Under the pieces are notes generated by a model. The model ran no database searches, had not been told where the DNA came from, and was given only the letters and a program-made list of their open reading frames with translations. A DNA stretch of 60,632 nucleotides. It comes from Candidatus Rifleibacteriota bacterium. Its GTDB lineage: Bacteria > Muiribacteriota > Ozemobacteria > Ozemobacterales > Ozemobacteraceae. The position numbers and the translations under genes are program-made. The stretch spans positions 1 to 60,632 of the forward strand of contig JBNJGH010000001.1 of NCBI GenBank assembly GCA_051747585.1, read 5' to 3'. Positions 26,328 to 34,613 of this stretch are shown here, piece by piece (the first letter of the stretch is position 1; each line of letters opens with the position of its first letter).

Positions 26328-26672
26328 ATGGAAATAAGAATTGATGTAAGACCTAAAAGTAACGATGTAACCCTGGTTGTATTAAGGGGAGAGATCGGTA
26401 CAGAAACGGTGAACCAGTTTAAAGACAAGATTGATCAGATCGTTGCCGATGGCAAGCACAAGCTGGTAATGGATTTTCAGGAAGTTAACTATCTTAACAG
26501 CATGGGGCTTGGGGTAGTTGCTGCAACCTTGAAAAAAGTAAAAAAGAACAAGGGTGATTTAAAGCTTATTAATTTGTCGCCAGCTGTTCAAGAGCTTTTT
26601 GAGCTCACCAGACTGACAAAAGTTTTTGAAATTTTTGATTCTGAAGAGGATGCAGTAAAAAGCTTTTCCTGA
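26328..26672 (+). CDS. STAS-domain anti-sigma factor antagonist (SpoIIAA/RsbV family)
   Basis: 114 aa with 'LRGEI', 'MDFQEVNYLNSMGLG' and 'ELFELTRLTKVFEIFDSEEDAVKSF'. GGAGG RBS. Confidence 0.9.
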   Translation: MEIRIDVRPKSNDVTLVVLRGEIGTETVNQFKDKIDQIVADGKHKLVMDFQEVNYLNSMGLGVVAATLKKVKKNKGDLKLINLSPAVQELFELTRLTKVFEIFDSEEDAVKSFS

Positions 26673-26705
26673 TTTTGTTAATTCTTTTGCCAGAATAATT
26701 TTATT

Positions 26706-27557
26706 TTGTCTCAGGTTACAGCATTAAAAAATATTTTAGATATAAATGGCAAAACGAAAATTTTTGCCATAGCAGGCGACCCGGTTGCACATTCATCAAG
26801 CCCTGGGCTCTGGAACAGGGCTTTTTCTGATTTAAATTATAATGCTGTTTATATTCCAATGCGGGTGAGCATTCAAAACCTCGAAAAAGCATTGTCGGGG
26901 CTACAGGCAACAAATGTGACAGGTATTAATTTAACAATGCCTCATAAGATTGAAGCCGTAAAGTATTGTTCGCAATTGCATCATCCGGCAGACTGTCTTG
27001 GTTCGATCAATACATTGTGGTTTAAAAAAGACGGGATGCATGGGTATAACACAGATGCAACCGGTTTTTTAGAGCTTTTAAAAAACAACAACAAAGCTGA
27101 GAGCTGTCGCCAAGCTCTGGTTCTTGGGGCCGGAGGCTCTGCCAGGGCAGTAATTTGGGCTCTCGAACAATATGGCATAGAAAAAATTAATCAAATTTCA
27201 AGAAAAAAGGCAGAAAGATTGGGTTTTCTAAAAAAAACTACCAGGTTTAAAAATCATAGTTGGCATGAACAGAATTTTAAATATCTGGTTGCAGGTTGTG
27301 ATCTGATTGTAAACGCAACCCCATTAGGATTAAAAAATAATGACCGACTGGGGCTTTTAACAGATCATCTTCATGCCGATAAGTTATATATAGATCTAAA
27401 TTACTACTTAAGGTCACAGCTTATGGCGGATGTCCGAAATTCGAGCTGCGAGGTAATTGACGGTAGAGAGTTATTGCTTTTGCAGGCAATTGAATCTTTC
27501 AGTTTGATGACCGGCTTACAGCCATCTGAAAAAATTATGAGAAGTTGTCTTTTTTGA
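26706..27557 (+). CDS. aroE: Shikimate dehydrogenase
   Basis: GDPVAHSSSP, NLTMPHK, SINT, NTDATG, LGAGGSARA and NATPLG motifs. The TTG start is uncertain. Confidence 0.88.
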   Translation: MSQVTALKNILDINGKTKIFAIAGDPVAHSSSPGLWNRAFSDLNYNAVYIPMRVSIQNLEKALSGLQATNVTGINLTMPHKIEAVKYCSQLHHPADCLGSINTLWFKKDGMHGYNTDATGFLELLKNNNKAESCRQALVLGAGGSARAVIWALEQYGIEKINQISRKKAERLGFLKKTTRFKNHSWHEQNFKYLVAGCDLIVNATPLGLKNNDRLGLLTDHLHADKLYIDLNYYLRSQLMADVRNSSCEVIDGRELLLLQAIESFSLMTGLQPSEKIMRSCLF

Positions 27558-27640
27558 TTACTGGAAATTAAGCACAACTTGATATATCATGACAATCTAA
27601 CGGAATTGTTTCTGTAAGAAATAAGGAAGGAATTGCAGTA

Positions 27641-29515
27641 ATGAACGAATCTAATCCTGCACAACCAGGAGGAAATCAGTCTGGACCACCTCCGGCGGCT
27701 CAACCACCGGGACCTCAGACTCCGCCAACTCAGGCACCGGGCGCGAAAGCTCCGGCTCCGGCCAATCCTCCAAAACCAGCGGCCACTTCATCTTCAATTC
27801 CCAAAAAAATGCGTCTTGGAGATACTCTGATTCATGAGGGCTTGATTAACGAAGAACAACTGCAGCAGGCTTTGGCCCTTCAAAAGAAAAGCGGCAAGCG
27901 TCTGGGTGCAGTATTGGTTGAAATGCATCTGGTAACTGAGCATGACATTGTTCAGATTTTGTCAAAGCAGTTACGCATACCTTTTATTGATCTTTCCAAC
28001 TATCTTATCGATCCTGTAATTGCCAAGCTTGTCCCTGAGCATATCGCCAAAAGACATATGCTTATACCTATCAATAAAGTTGGGAACAAGCTTACCGTAG
28101 CTATGGTCGATCCGCTTAATATTATCGCAATTGATGATATTCAGTTGATGAGCGGTTTAATGGTTAAGCCGGTTGTAGCGACTCATACGGATATTAGCAA
28201 GGCCTTGCAGGACGCCTATGGGGCAGTTGCTCAGCAGGATAAACTTATGGATGACCTTGAAGACATAGGTCAAACCGAAGAAGAAGATCTCGATCAGCTG
28301 GGCGAATTAGGCGAAAACGATGCTCCAATTATCAGACTTTGTAACCTGGTTATCTCTCAGGCAGTTCAGAATGGCGTTTCTGATATTCATATCGAGCCTT
28401 TTGAAAAAGAGCTGAGGGTCAGGTATCGCCAGGATGGTATGATGTATACGGCGATGACTCCTCCCAAAAAGGCGACTGCGGCTATTACTTCGCGTCTTAA
28501 AATCATGTCGCAGCTTAACATTGCTGAAAAACGTCTCCCCCAGGATGGTCGTATCAAGATTAAAGTTCTTAATCGTATGATCGATCTTCGTGTCTCGGTT
28601 TTACCGGTTATCTGGGGTGAAAAAATCGTTATGAGAATTCTTGATCAGAGTTCTTTGAAGGTTAACCTCGAAGACCTTGGTTTTGAGCCTAAAACTTTGG
28701 ATAAATTTAAAATAGGTATTGCTTCGCCTTATGGAATTATTCTGGTTACCGGTCCTACCGGATCGGGTAAAACTACTACGCTTTATTCTGCTTTAACTTC
28801 GCTTAACGCAGTTGACACCAATGTTATGACAGCCGAAGATCCGGTTGAATACATGCTGCACGGTGTTAATCAGGTGCAGTGCAAACCTGAAATAGGTCTT
28901 ACGTTTGCGGCGGCTTTGCGCTCGTTTCTACGCCAGGATCCAGATGTTATCATGGTTGGTGAGATTCGTGACTTTGAAACTGCCGAAATTGCGATCAAGG
29001 CATCTATGACAGGCCATCTTGTTTTATCTACGCTGCATACTAACGATGCCCCGGGAACTGTCGGTCGTATTGTTAACATGGGGATTGAGCCGTTCATGGT
29101 TACGACTTCAGTCGTTATCATTCAGGCTCAGCGTCTCGTAAGAAAAATTTGTAAAGACTGCAGGTTTGAAATAAAACCTCGAGCTGAACAGGTCAGCCAG
29201 TTTGGCATAACACCAGAAATTTTGAGACGTCTGGATTTACCACACATAAACGAGCGAAACATGATGTTCTACAAGGGAAAAGGCTGCGAAAGTTGCAACA
29301 ACACAGGCCATAAGGGGCGTATTGGTGTTTACGAAGTAATGATGATGTCTGAGCGTCTCAGAGATATTATTCTCAATGGTGGCTCTACGGATGACATCAG
29401 GCGACAGGCAATTGAAGAAGGAATGCTTTCTCTGCGTGAATCGGCCCTGAGAAAAGCTCTTATTGGTATGACTACATTAGAAGAAGTTGTTCGCGTGACC
29501 ATGGGTGATCACTAA
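27641..29515 (+). CDS. pilB: Type IV pilus assembly ATPase PilB/GspE with N-terminal MshEN domain and Pro-rich extension
   Basis: RLGDTLIHEGLINEEQLQQALALQ (MshEN), Walker A GPTGSGKTTT, AEDPVEY, LRQDPDVIMVGEIRD, TGHLVLSTLHTNDA, and CxxC...CxxC. Confidence 0.93.
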   Translation: MNESNPAQPGGNQSGPPPAAQPPGPQTPPTQAPGAKAPAPANPPKPAATSSSIPKKMRLGDTLIHEGLINEEQLQQALALQKKSGKRLGAVLVEMHLVTEHDIVQILSKQLRIPFIDLSNYLIDPVIAKLVPEHIAKRHMLIPINKVGNKLTVAMVDPLNIIAIDDIQLMSGLMVKPVVATHTDISKALQDAYGAVAQQDKLMDDLEDIGQTEEEDLDQLGELGENDAPIIRLCNLVISQAVQNGVSDIHIEPFEKELRVRYRQDGMMYTAMTPPKKATAAITSRLKIMSQLNIAEKRLPQDGRIKIKVLNRMIDLRVSVLPVIWGEKIVMRILDQSSLKVNLEDLGFEPKTLDKFKIGIASPYGIILVTGPTGSGKTTTLYSALTSLNAVDTNVMTAEDPVEYMLHGVNQVQCKPEIGLTFAAALRSFLRQDPDVIMVGEIRDFETAEIAIKASMTGHLVLSTLHTNDAPGTVGRIVNMGIEPFMVTTSVVIIQAQRLVRKICKDCRFEIKPRAEQVSQFGITPEILRRLDLPHINERNMMFYKGKGCESCNNTGHKGRIGVYEVMMMSERLRDIILNGGSTDDIRRQAIEEGMLSLRESALRKALIGMTTLEEVVRVTMGDH

Positions 29516-29546
29516 AATATAAAAAAAAATTAAGGAGTGCGGGCTA

Positions 29547-30608
29547 ATGTTTGTTCTTAATGATCTGCTTAATCTCGTAATCGAGAACGGAGCATCAGAT
29601 CTTCATATTACTGTAGGTACTCCTCCGGTTATTCGCGTAGACGGGGATTTGATTCAAACCGACCTCGATGTTTTAACTCCGATGGATACAAGGTCGTTAA
29701 TATATAATATGCTTACGGCAGAGCAGCAGAAAGAGTTTGAAGAAAACAAAGAGCTTGACCTTTCTTACTCTGTTCATGGTTTTGGCCGTTTTCGTGTCAA
29801 TGTTTACAAGCAAAGAGGTTGCATTGGGGCAGCTTTTAGAATTATTCCTACCAAAATCCCAACCCTTGAAGAGCTGCGTCTTCCAGAAAAAATGCGTGAC
29901 TTTACCAGACTTAAAAAAGGTCTGGTTTTATTTACCGGTCCGACCGGTTCGGGAAAATCTACTTCTTTAGCTTGTCTGATCAATATTATAAATGAATCTA
30001 GACGTACACACATAATGACGGTTGAAGATCCAATCGAATATCTGCATTATCATAAAAAGTCTATTGTTAATCAGCGCGAACTCGGTATAGATACTTTTTC
30101 TTTTGCCGAGGCTTTGCGTCGCGTTCTTCGTGAAGATCCCGATGTTATTCTGGTTGGTGAGATGCGTGACCTGGAAACGGTTTCAGCAGCTTGTACCATG
30201 GCAGAAACGGGGCATCTCGTTTTTGGCACTTTGCATACCACAGATGCTGCTCAGACCATTAACCGTATTATCGATATTTTCCCGCCTCATCAGCAGACTC
30301 AGATCAGGTCTCAGTTGTCTTTCGTTTTGCGATCGGTAGTTGCTCAACAACTTATTCCCATGGCAAGTGGAAAAGGCCGTATAGTTTGTAACGAGATTCT
30401 TATAGGTAATCCGGCGGTTGCAAACTGCATTAGAGAACAGAAAATTTCGGGACTTTACACTGTTATGCAGACCAGTCACGATGAAGGAATGATGACTTTC
30501 GAAATGTGTTTGCGTGATCTTTATCTGCGCGGTGACATTACTCTCGAAGAAGCCATGTCACACACAATGCATCCAAAAGAACTTGAAAGAATGCTCAAAA
30601 GTGCCTGA
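29547..30608 (+). CDS. pilT: Type IV pilus retraction ATPase PilT
   Basis: GASDLHI, GRFRVNVYKQRG, GPTGSGKSTS, EDPIEY, LREDPDVILVGEMRD, and AVANCIRE (AIRNLIRE-like). Confidence 0.93.
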   Translation: MFVLNDLLNLVIENGASDLHITVGTPPVIRVDGDLIQTDLDVLTPMDTRSLIYNMLTAEQQKEFEENKELDLSYSVHGFGRFRVNVYKQRGCIGAAFRIIPTKIPTLEELRLPEKMRDFTRLKKGLVLFTGPTGSGKSTSLACLINIINESRRTHIMTVEDPIEYLHYHKKSIVNQRELGIDTFSFAEALRRVLREDPDVILVGEMRDLETVSAACTMAETGHLVFGTLHTTDAAQTINRIIDIFPPHQQTQIRSQLSFVLRSVVAQQLIPMASGKGRIVCNEILIGNPAVANCIREQKISGLYTVMQTSHDEGMMTFEMCLRDLYLRGDITLEEAMSHTMHPKELERMLKSA

Positions 30609-30620
30609 TGCTTCAGTATA

Positions 30621-33350
30621 ATGGCGGCACCTATAAATAATTTATCTCGTTTTCTTTCCAGATTTTATGGCAAAATCTGTACCGGATTGTTTTTGTTGGT
30701 TCTGGTTCGGATTTTTTCGGTATTGATTAATACCCCACGCAACCTTGGAGATCTGGTGAGAACCAGATTCTTTTTCGTTGACCATGGTGGTTGGATAATA
30801 TTAACGGCTTTTTTAATACTCTTTTTTTGCTATTATTTTTCTGTACGAAAATTTAGTCGGGAGTTTCAATATAAAAGTGCGCTGATCTACCCTGTTCTTT
30901 TTCTGCTGTTAAGCCTTGAAAACATGGAGCTTGGCAGTAATATTCTGCTTTTTAATATTTTTGAAGGCAGGGTGATTGTAGAAGATCTGCAGGCGATTTT
31001 AAATCTCGAGTTATTTTTTGAATCGCCATTCATTGCCTGGAGCCTGGCCTGGTATGGTCTAATTTTTTATCTTACTCGAAAAATGAACGGGCAAAGGTAT
31101 GTAGATCTTTTTTGTTTGCTTCCTCTACTGCAGTTTCAGGCAAAAATAAGCAATATGCAGCTGATTGTTCTAATGCCGCTATTCGCTCTTGTCTTTATAA
31201 TGCCCAGATTAAAGAAAGTCTGGTCTCCTTTGTATTTTCATTATCTTTCTGGAGCAACTTTTTTGCTTGCTCTGGCATATATGAGCAATTTTTCGATTGT
31301 ATTTCATTCATCGTTGCTTACCAGTCTTGTTTTGAGTCTTTTGATCTGGGTTACAGGTTACAGATTTATTAAATTCTGTTCCAACATGGCAGAAATTGAT
31401 AGTAATTTTATCCGTCATTCCTGGTTTTATCTGTTTTTCTCCAGCATTGTCTTTATTTTTGCTTTGAGTAAGATTCCAATGGGGCCGGCTATTGTAAATC
31501 TGTGGTTCCTTGTTGGCTCTATGAGCTATGTTATTGGCGCTATTCAGGTATTGACTTTTATTATAATTTTAACTTTTATCATGGGGTCTTTTAATATAAA
31601 ACTTGAAAAACCTTCATTTAACCTGTTGCTTGCTTTTGCAATTTTATTTTATTTAATAGATGCTTTTGTTTTCCTCAACCTTGGCCAGGGACTCGATTAT
31701 CACGGAATTAACTGGGTGCTTGGTCTGAGCAGTTTTAGCATGTTTTTCGATACAGCCGGCAAAATGCTTGGTTGGAAAAGCGTAGCTGGAATTTTTGTCA
31801 TGATCGCTGCTTTTTTTGGCATGTTTAAGTTGAATTTTGCTGATAAACTATTTTCAGTTACTAAAAAAGTGGGTTTTGTTCCGGTTATTTTTTTTATTAT
31901 TGCTCCGGTTACTTATACCGGTTTGAACTTGCTGACTTCACCGGTAAATATTTTTAGAGATCCGGTAAAAAACTTTGTTGCCACAGTGCCGCTTTTCGAA
32001 AATATTTTAAGGCCGTACCCTGACTTTGAAGTTTTAAAAAAAGAAATGGCAGAAGTCGGTTTTGATCTGGATAAAACTACAAAGGAATTTATCGAGTCGC
32101 AAAATAATTTGCCGAATTCCGATCCGGCAAATTTGGTAATGATAACTCTTGAATCTACTGGTGTTCGCTATTTGTCACTTTTTGGCGGCAAAGATATGAC
32201 AATGCCCAACCTGGAAACAATAAAGGATCGAATTGAAATTTTTCCTTTTTATTTTTCATCTTTTCAGGAATCGGCAAACGCTGAATTTTCTCTGTTTTCG
32301 GGAATAATGCCTTCGGATTTTCATATTTTCAGGAAAAAAAATAAATTCAGCGGCAATACTATGATCGAGGTATTGAAAGCAGCAGGATACGATTGCTCAC
32401 TGTTTTTCAGCATATATACAGGAAATACAGGTATTTTATCTTTTTTTGCTCCACGTGGAGCCGATCGGCTTTATGATGCTACTTCGATGCCTGGTATAAC
32501 TTCTGATGATGCCTGGATATGGGGAGCGAATGAACATTATGTGGTTGATAAACTTGTCGAAATGTTGCCCTCAGAAAAGGAAACGAAAAAGCCATTTTTC
32601 GTTTATTATCGTTCTGCTTTTCCTCATGCTCCTTTTAACCCGATAGATGGGAGCGAGCCTGTTTTTGCCAAAGGCAACCAATTAAAGAATTATAAAGTTC
32701 AAAGATTTAAAGATTGCCTTTTATATATTGACAGGCAGATTTTCAAGATAGTTAAGGCCTTGAAAGACAAGGGGTTGGCAAGCAATACCTATATAGTTGT
32801 AACTGCCGATCATGCGACCAGTCTTGGTGAAAATGGTTACATGGGTCATGGCTGGAATCTGGAACCGAAGCTGACTAATGTACCTTTTTTTATCATTTAT
32901 CCTGAATCCAGAGGCTTCAAGGTTAACGATAATGTGGGCTCTCATATTGATTTTATGCCGACCGCCTTAAATCTTATAGGGGTTAAGAGCAAGCTGCCAC
33001 TTGTAATACAGGGGCGTGATCTTCGCTTAAAACAGGAGCAGCCGCGAAAGGTGTTTTTGTCATCTTTCAATCATCTGGCACTGATCGAAAACTCTGTTTA
33101 TTACTGGCATCTCAAAGAGATGCAGAGAGCTCGTCCTTTTAAGATGAGTTTAAAAAAATCCGCATCCAGATTCAATAAAATTGCCAGACCTGCCGAAGAA
33201 TTAGTGGAAAAAGTGGAAGAGATGCAGAAAATTGTAGACTTGCAAAAGAATCTGATCTTGAATTTTGAAAATTACGAAGACGATTTAATTAAGAACTTTG
33301 ATCTTATCAAAAAGAGTTCGAAATTTGACAAAAAGCAGAATTGTAATTAA
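30621..33350 (+). CDS. Polytopic membrane protein with C-terminal sulfatase/LTA-synthase-like (alkaline phosphatase superfamily) domain
   Basis: About 440 aa of TM helices, then NLVMITLES, ESANAEFSLFSG, PHAPF, VTADH and GSHIDFMPT motifs. Confidence 0.8.
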   Translation: MAAPINNLSRFLSRFYGKICTGLFLLVLVRIFSVLINTPRNLGDLVRTRFFFVDHGGWIILTAFLILFFCYYFSVRKFSREFQYKSALIYPVLFLLLSLENMELGSNILLFNIFEGRVIVEDLQAILNLELFFESPFIAWSLAWYGLIFYLTRKMNGQRYVDLFCLLPLLQFQAKISNMQLIVLMPLFALVFIMPRLKKVWSPLYFHYLSGATFLLALAYMSNFSIVFHSSLLTSLVLSLLIWVTGYRFIKFCSNMAEIDSNFIRHSWFYLFFSSIVFIFALSKIPMGPAIVNLWFLVGSMSYVIGAIQVLTFIIILTFIMGSFNIKLEKPSFNLLLAFAILFYLIDAFVFLNLGQGLDYHGINWVLGLSSFSMFFDTAGKMLGWKSVAGIFVMIAAFFGMFKLNFADKLFSVTKKVGFVPVIFFIIAPVTYTGLNLLTSPVNIFRDPVKNFVATVPLFENILRPYPDFEVLKKEMAEVGFDLDKTTKEFIESQNNLPNSDPANLVMITLESTGVRYLSLFGGKDMTMPNLETIKDRIEIFPFYFSSFQESANAEFSLFSGIMPSDFHIFRKKNKFSGNTMIEVLKAAGYDCSLFFSIYTGNTGILSFFAPRGADRLYDATSMPGITSDDAWIWGANEHYVVDKLVEMLPSEKETKKPFFVYYRSAFPHAPFNPIDGSEPVFAKGNQLKNYKVQRFKDCLLYIDRQIFKIVKALKDKGLASNTYIVVTADHATSLGENGYMGHGWNLEPKLTNVPFFIIYPESRGFKVNDNVGSHIDFMPTALNLIGVKSKLPLVIQGRDLRLKQEQPRKVFLSSFNHLALIENSVYYWHLKEMQRARPFKMSLKKSASRFNKIARPAEELVEKVEEMQKIVDLQKNLILNFENYEDDLIKNFDLIKKSSKFDKKQNCN

Positions 33351-33353
33351 GAT
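33325..33353 (+). promoter_or_regulatory. Sigma70-type promoter for the pilin gene
   Basis: TTGACA-N17-TAAGAT about 50 nt upstream of the ATG, followed by a strong AAAGGAGG RBS. Confidence 0.7.
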
Positions 33354-33403
33354 TAAAGTAGCGGGAGTACCGTTTATCTTTAAGGAAAGGAGGAAGAGAT
33401 ACT

Positions 33404-33763
33404 ATGAAACGTAGAGGTTTCACGTTAATCGAACTTATGATTGTTATTGCTATTATTGGTATTCTGGCCGCGATTGCTATTCCTAACTTCAGGAAAGCAC
33501 GTCAACAGGCCCGTGAAAAAGCCTGCTACGCCAACATGCGTGTTATTCTCGGAGCTGTAGAAATGTACAACATGGATCACACATCTATGATGTCAACTAT
33601 GAGCTCAAGCCAGATCGACGCACTGGTTAGTGGTGACTATCTGAAAAGTCAGATCACCCCACCGGAAGGCGACTGCTCCTATGTACACACCTCGGATCTT
33701 ACCGATGACGGTTTGATCATGTGTGATGGAAAACACGGCACAGTTGAAGGCGATGGCACTTGA
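33404..33763 (+). CDS. pilA: Type IV pilin (probable major pilin)
   Basis: Class III signal MKRRG|FTLIELMIVIAIIGILAAIAIPNF with E5. Has its own promoter, RBS and terminator. Confidence 0.88.
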   Translation: MKRRGFTLIELMIVIAIIGILAAIAIPNFRKARQQAREKACYANMRVILGAVEMYNMDHTSMMSTMSSSQIDALVSGDYLKSQITPPEGDCSYVHTSDLTDDGLIMCDGKHGTVEGDGT

Positions 33764-33787
33764 TGTGTAAATACTTGATGTGTAAAT
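33758..33787. repeat. 15-bp perfect tandem duplication over the pilin stop codon
   Basis: ACTTGATGTGTAAAT x2. Confidence 0.9.
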
Positions 33788-33802
33788 AATCATCAAAAAA
33801 TT

Positions 33803-33831
33803 AAGAGCGGCTTAAAGCCGCTCTTTTTTTT
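33803..33831 (+). terminator. Rho-independent terminator after pilin
   Basis: AAGAGCGGCT-TAA-AGCCGCTCTT followed by a T run. Confidence 0.9.
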
Positions 33832-33884
33832 GCCTTATCAACAGAAATAAATTATTATGGTTGCACTCTAAATAAGGCAAAATC

Positions 33885-34613
33885 ATGAATCAAAACGAGC
33901 TATTGCATAATTTTCTGAGTTTTTTCTTCTTTGTATTTGGCGGCCTTTTGGGAAGTTTCAGTAATGTAGTTGTTTTGCGCATGTCTCAGGGAACTTCGGT
34001 TATTTTCCCGCCTTCTTCGTGCCCGAAGTGCAAACATCAGTTGCATGCTGCTGACCTGATACCGGTTTTGAGCTGGCTTTTTTTGCGGGGAAAATGTAGA
34101 TATTGTAGTGCAAATATATCTAAACAATACCCTGTTGTTGAATTTGCTATGGCTTGTATTATTGGCTTGAGCTTTTTTAAAACCGGTTTGAACTATGAAT
34201 TCATATCTTTGGCAGGAAAGTCGGCAATATGGCTTGTTGCTACCGTTATCTTCGTCAGGCGAGAAGTGTTAAAATCTGGGCCATATCTGTGGCCCGCTTT
34301 GTTTTTCTTTTTACTTTCTTTGCCTGCGAATAGTTGTCCCTTTATTCTCTGGCCGATAAAATTGATTCCGGTTGCGGCAATCCTTGCCGGCGTTATTGCT
34401 TCTTGCAAAATTCGCTATGAAACTATTTTCGCATGGGTTGGGCTGTCTTTTCTGTTTTTGTTTTCCACAGTTCCGCTTTTTAGTTTCTGGCCGTTTATAA
34501 TAATTTTAGTTTTTGCATTGGCCGCAGCATTTACAAAAAAGTTTATTTATGTTGAAAAGCTGTTTGCAGCCCTTAATATTTTAACCATTTACTTTTTGAT
34601 CTGGTTGAAATAA
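33885..34613 (+). CDS. Prepilin peptidase (PilD)-like membrane protein, N-terminal Cys domain only, apparently non-proteolytic
   Basis: GSFSNVVVLRM...SSCPKC...DLIPVLSWLFLRGKCRYC...YPVVE. No Asp occurs in the C-terminal membrane part. Confidence 0.8.
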   Translation: MNQNELLHNFLSFFFFVFGGLLGSFSNVVVLRMSQGTSVIFPPSSCPKCKHQLHAADLIPVLSWLFLRGKCRYCSANISKQYPVVEFAMACIIGLSFFKTGLNYEFISLAGKSAIWLVATVIFVRREVLKSGPYLWPALFFFLLSLPANSCPFILWPIKLIPVAAILAGVIASCKIRYETIFAWVGLSFLFLFSTVPLFSFWPFIIILVFALAAAFTKKFIYVEKLFAALNILTIYFLIWLK

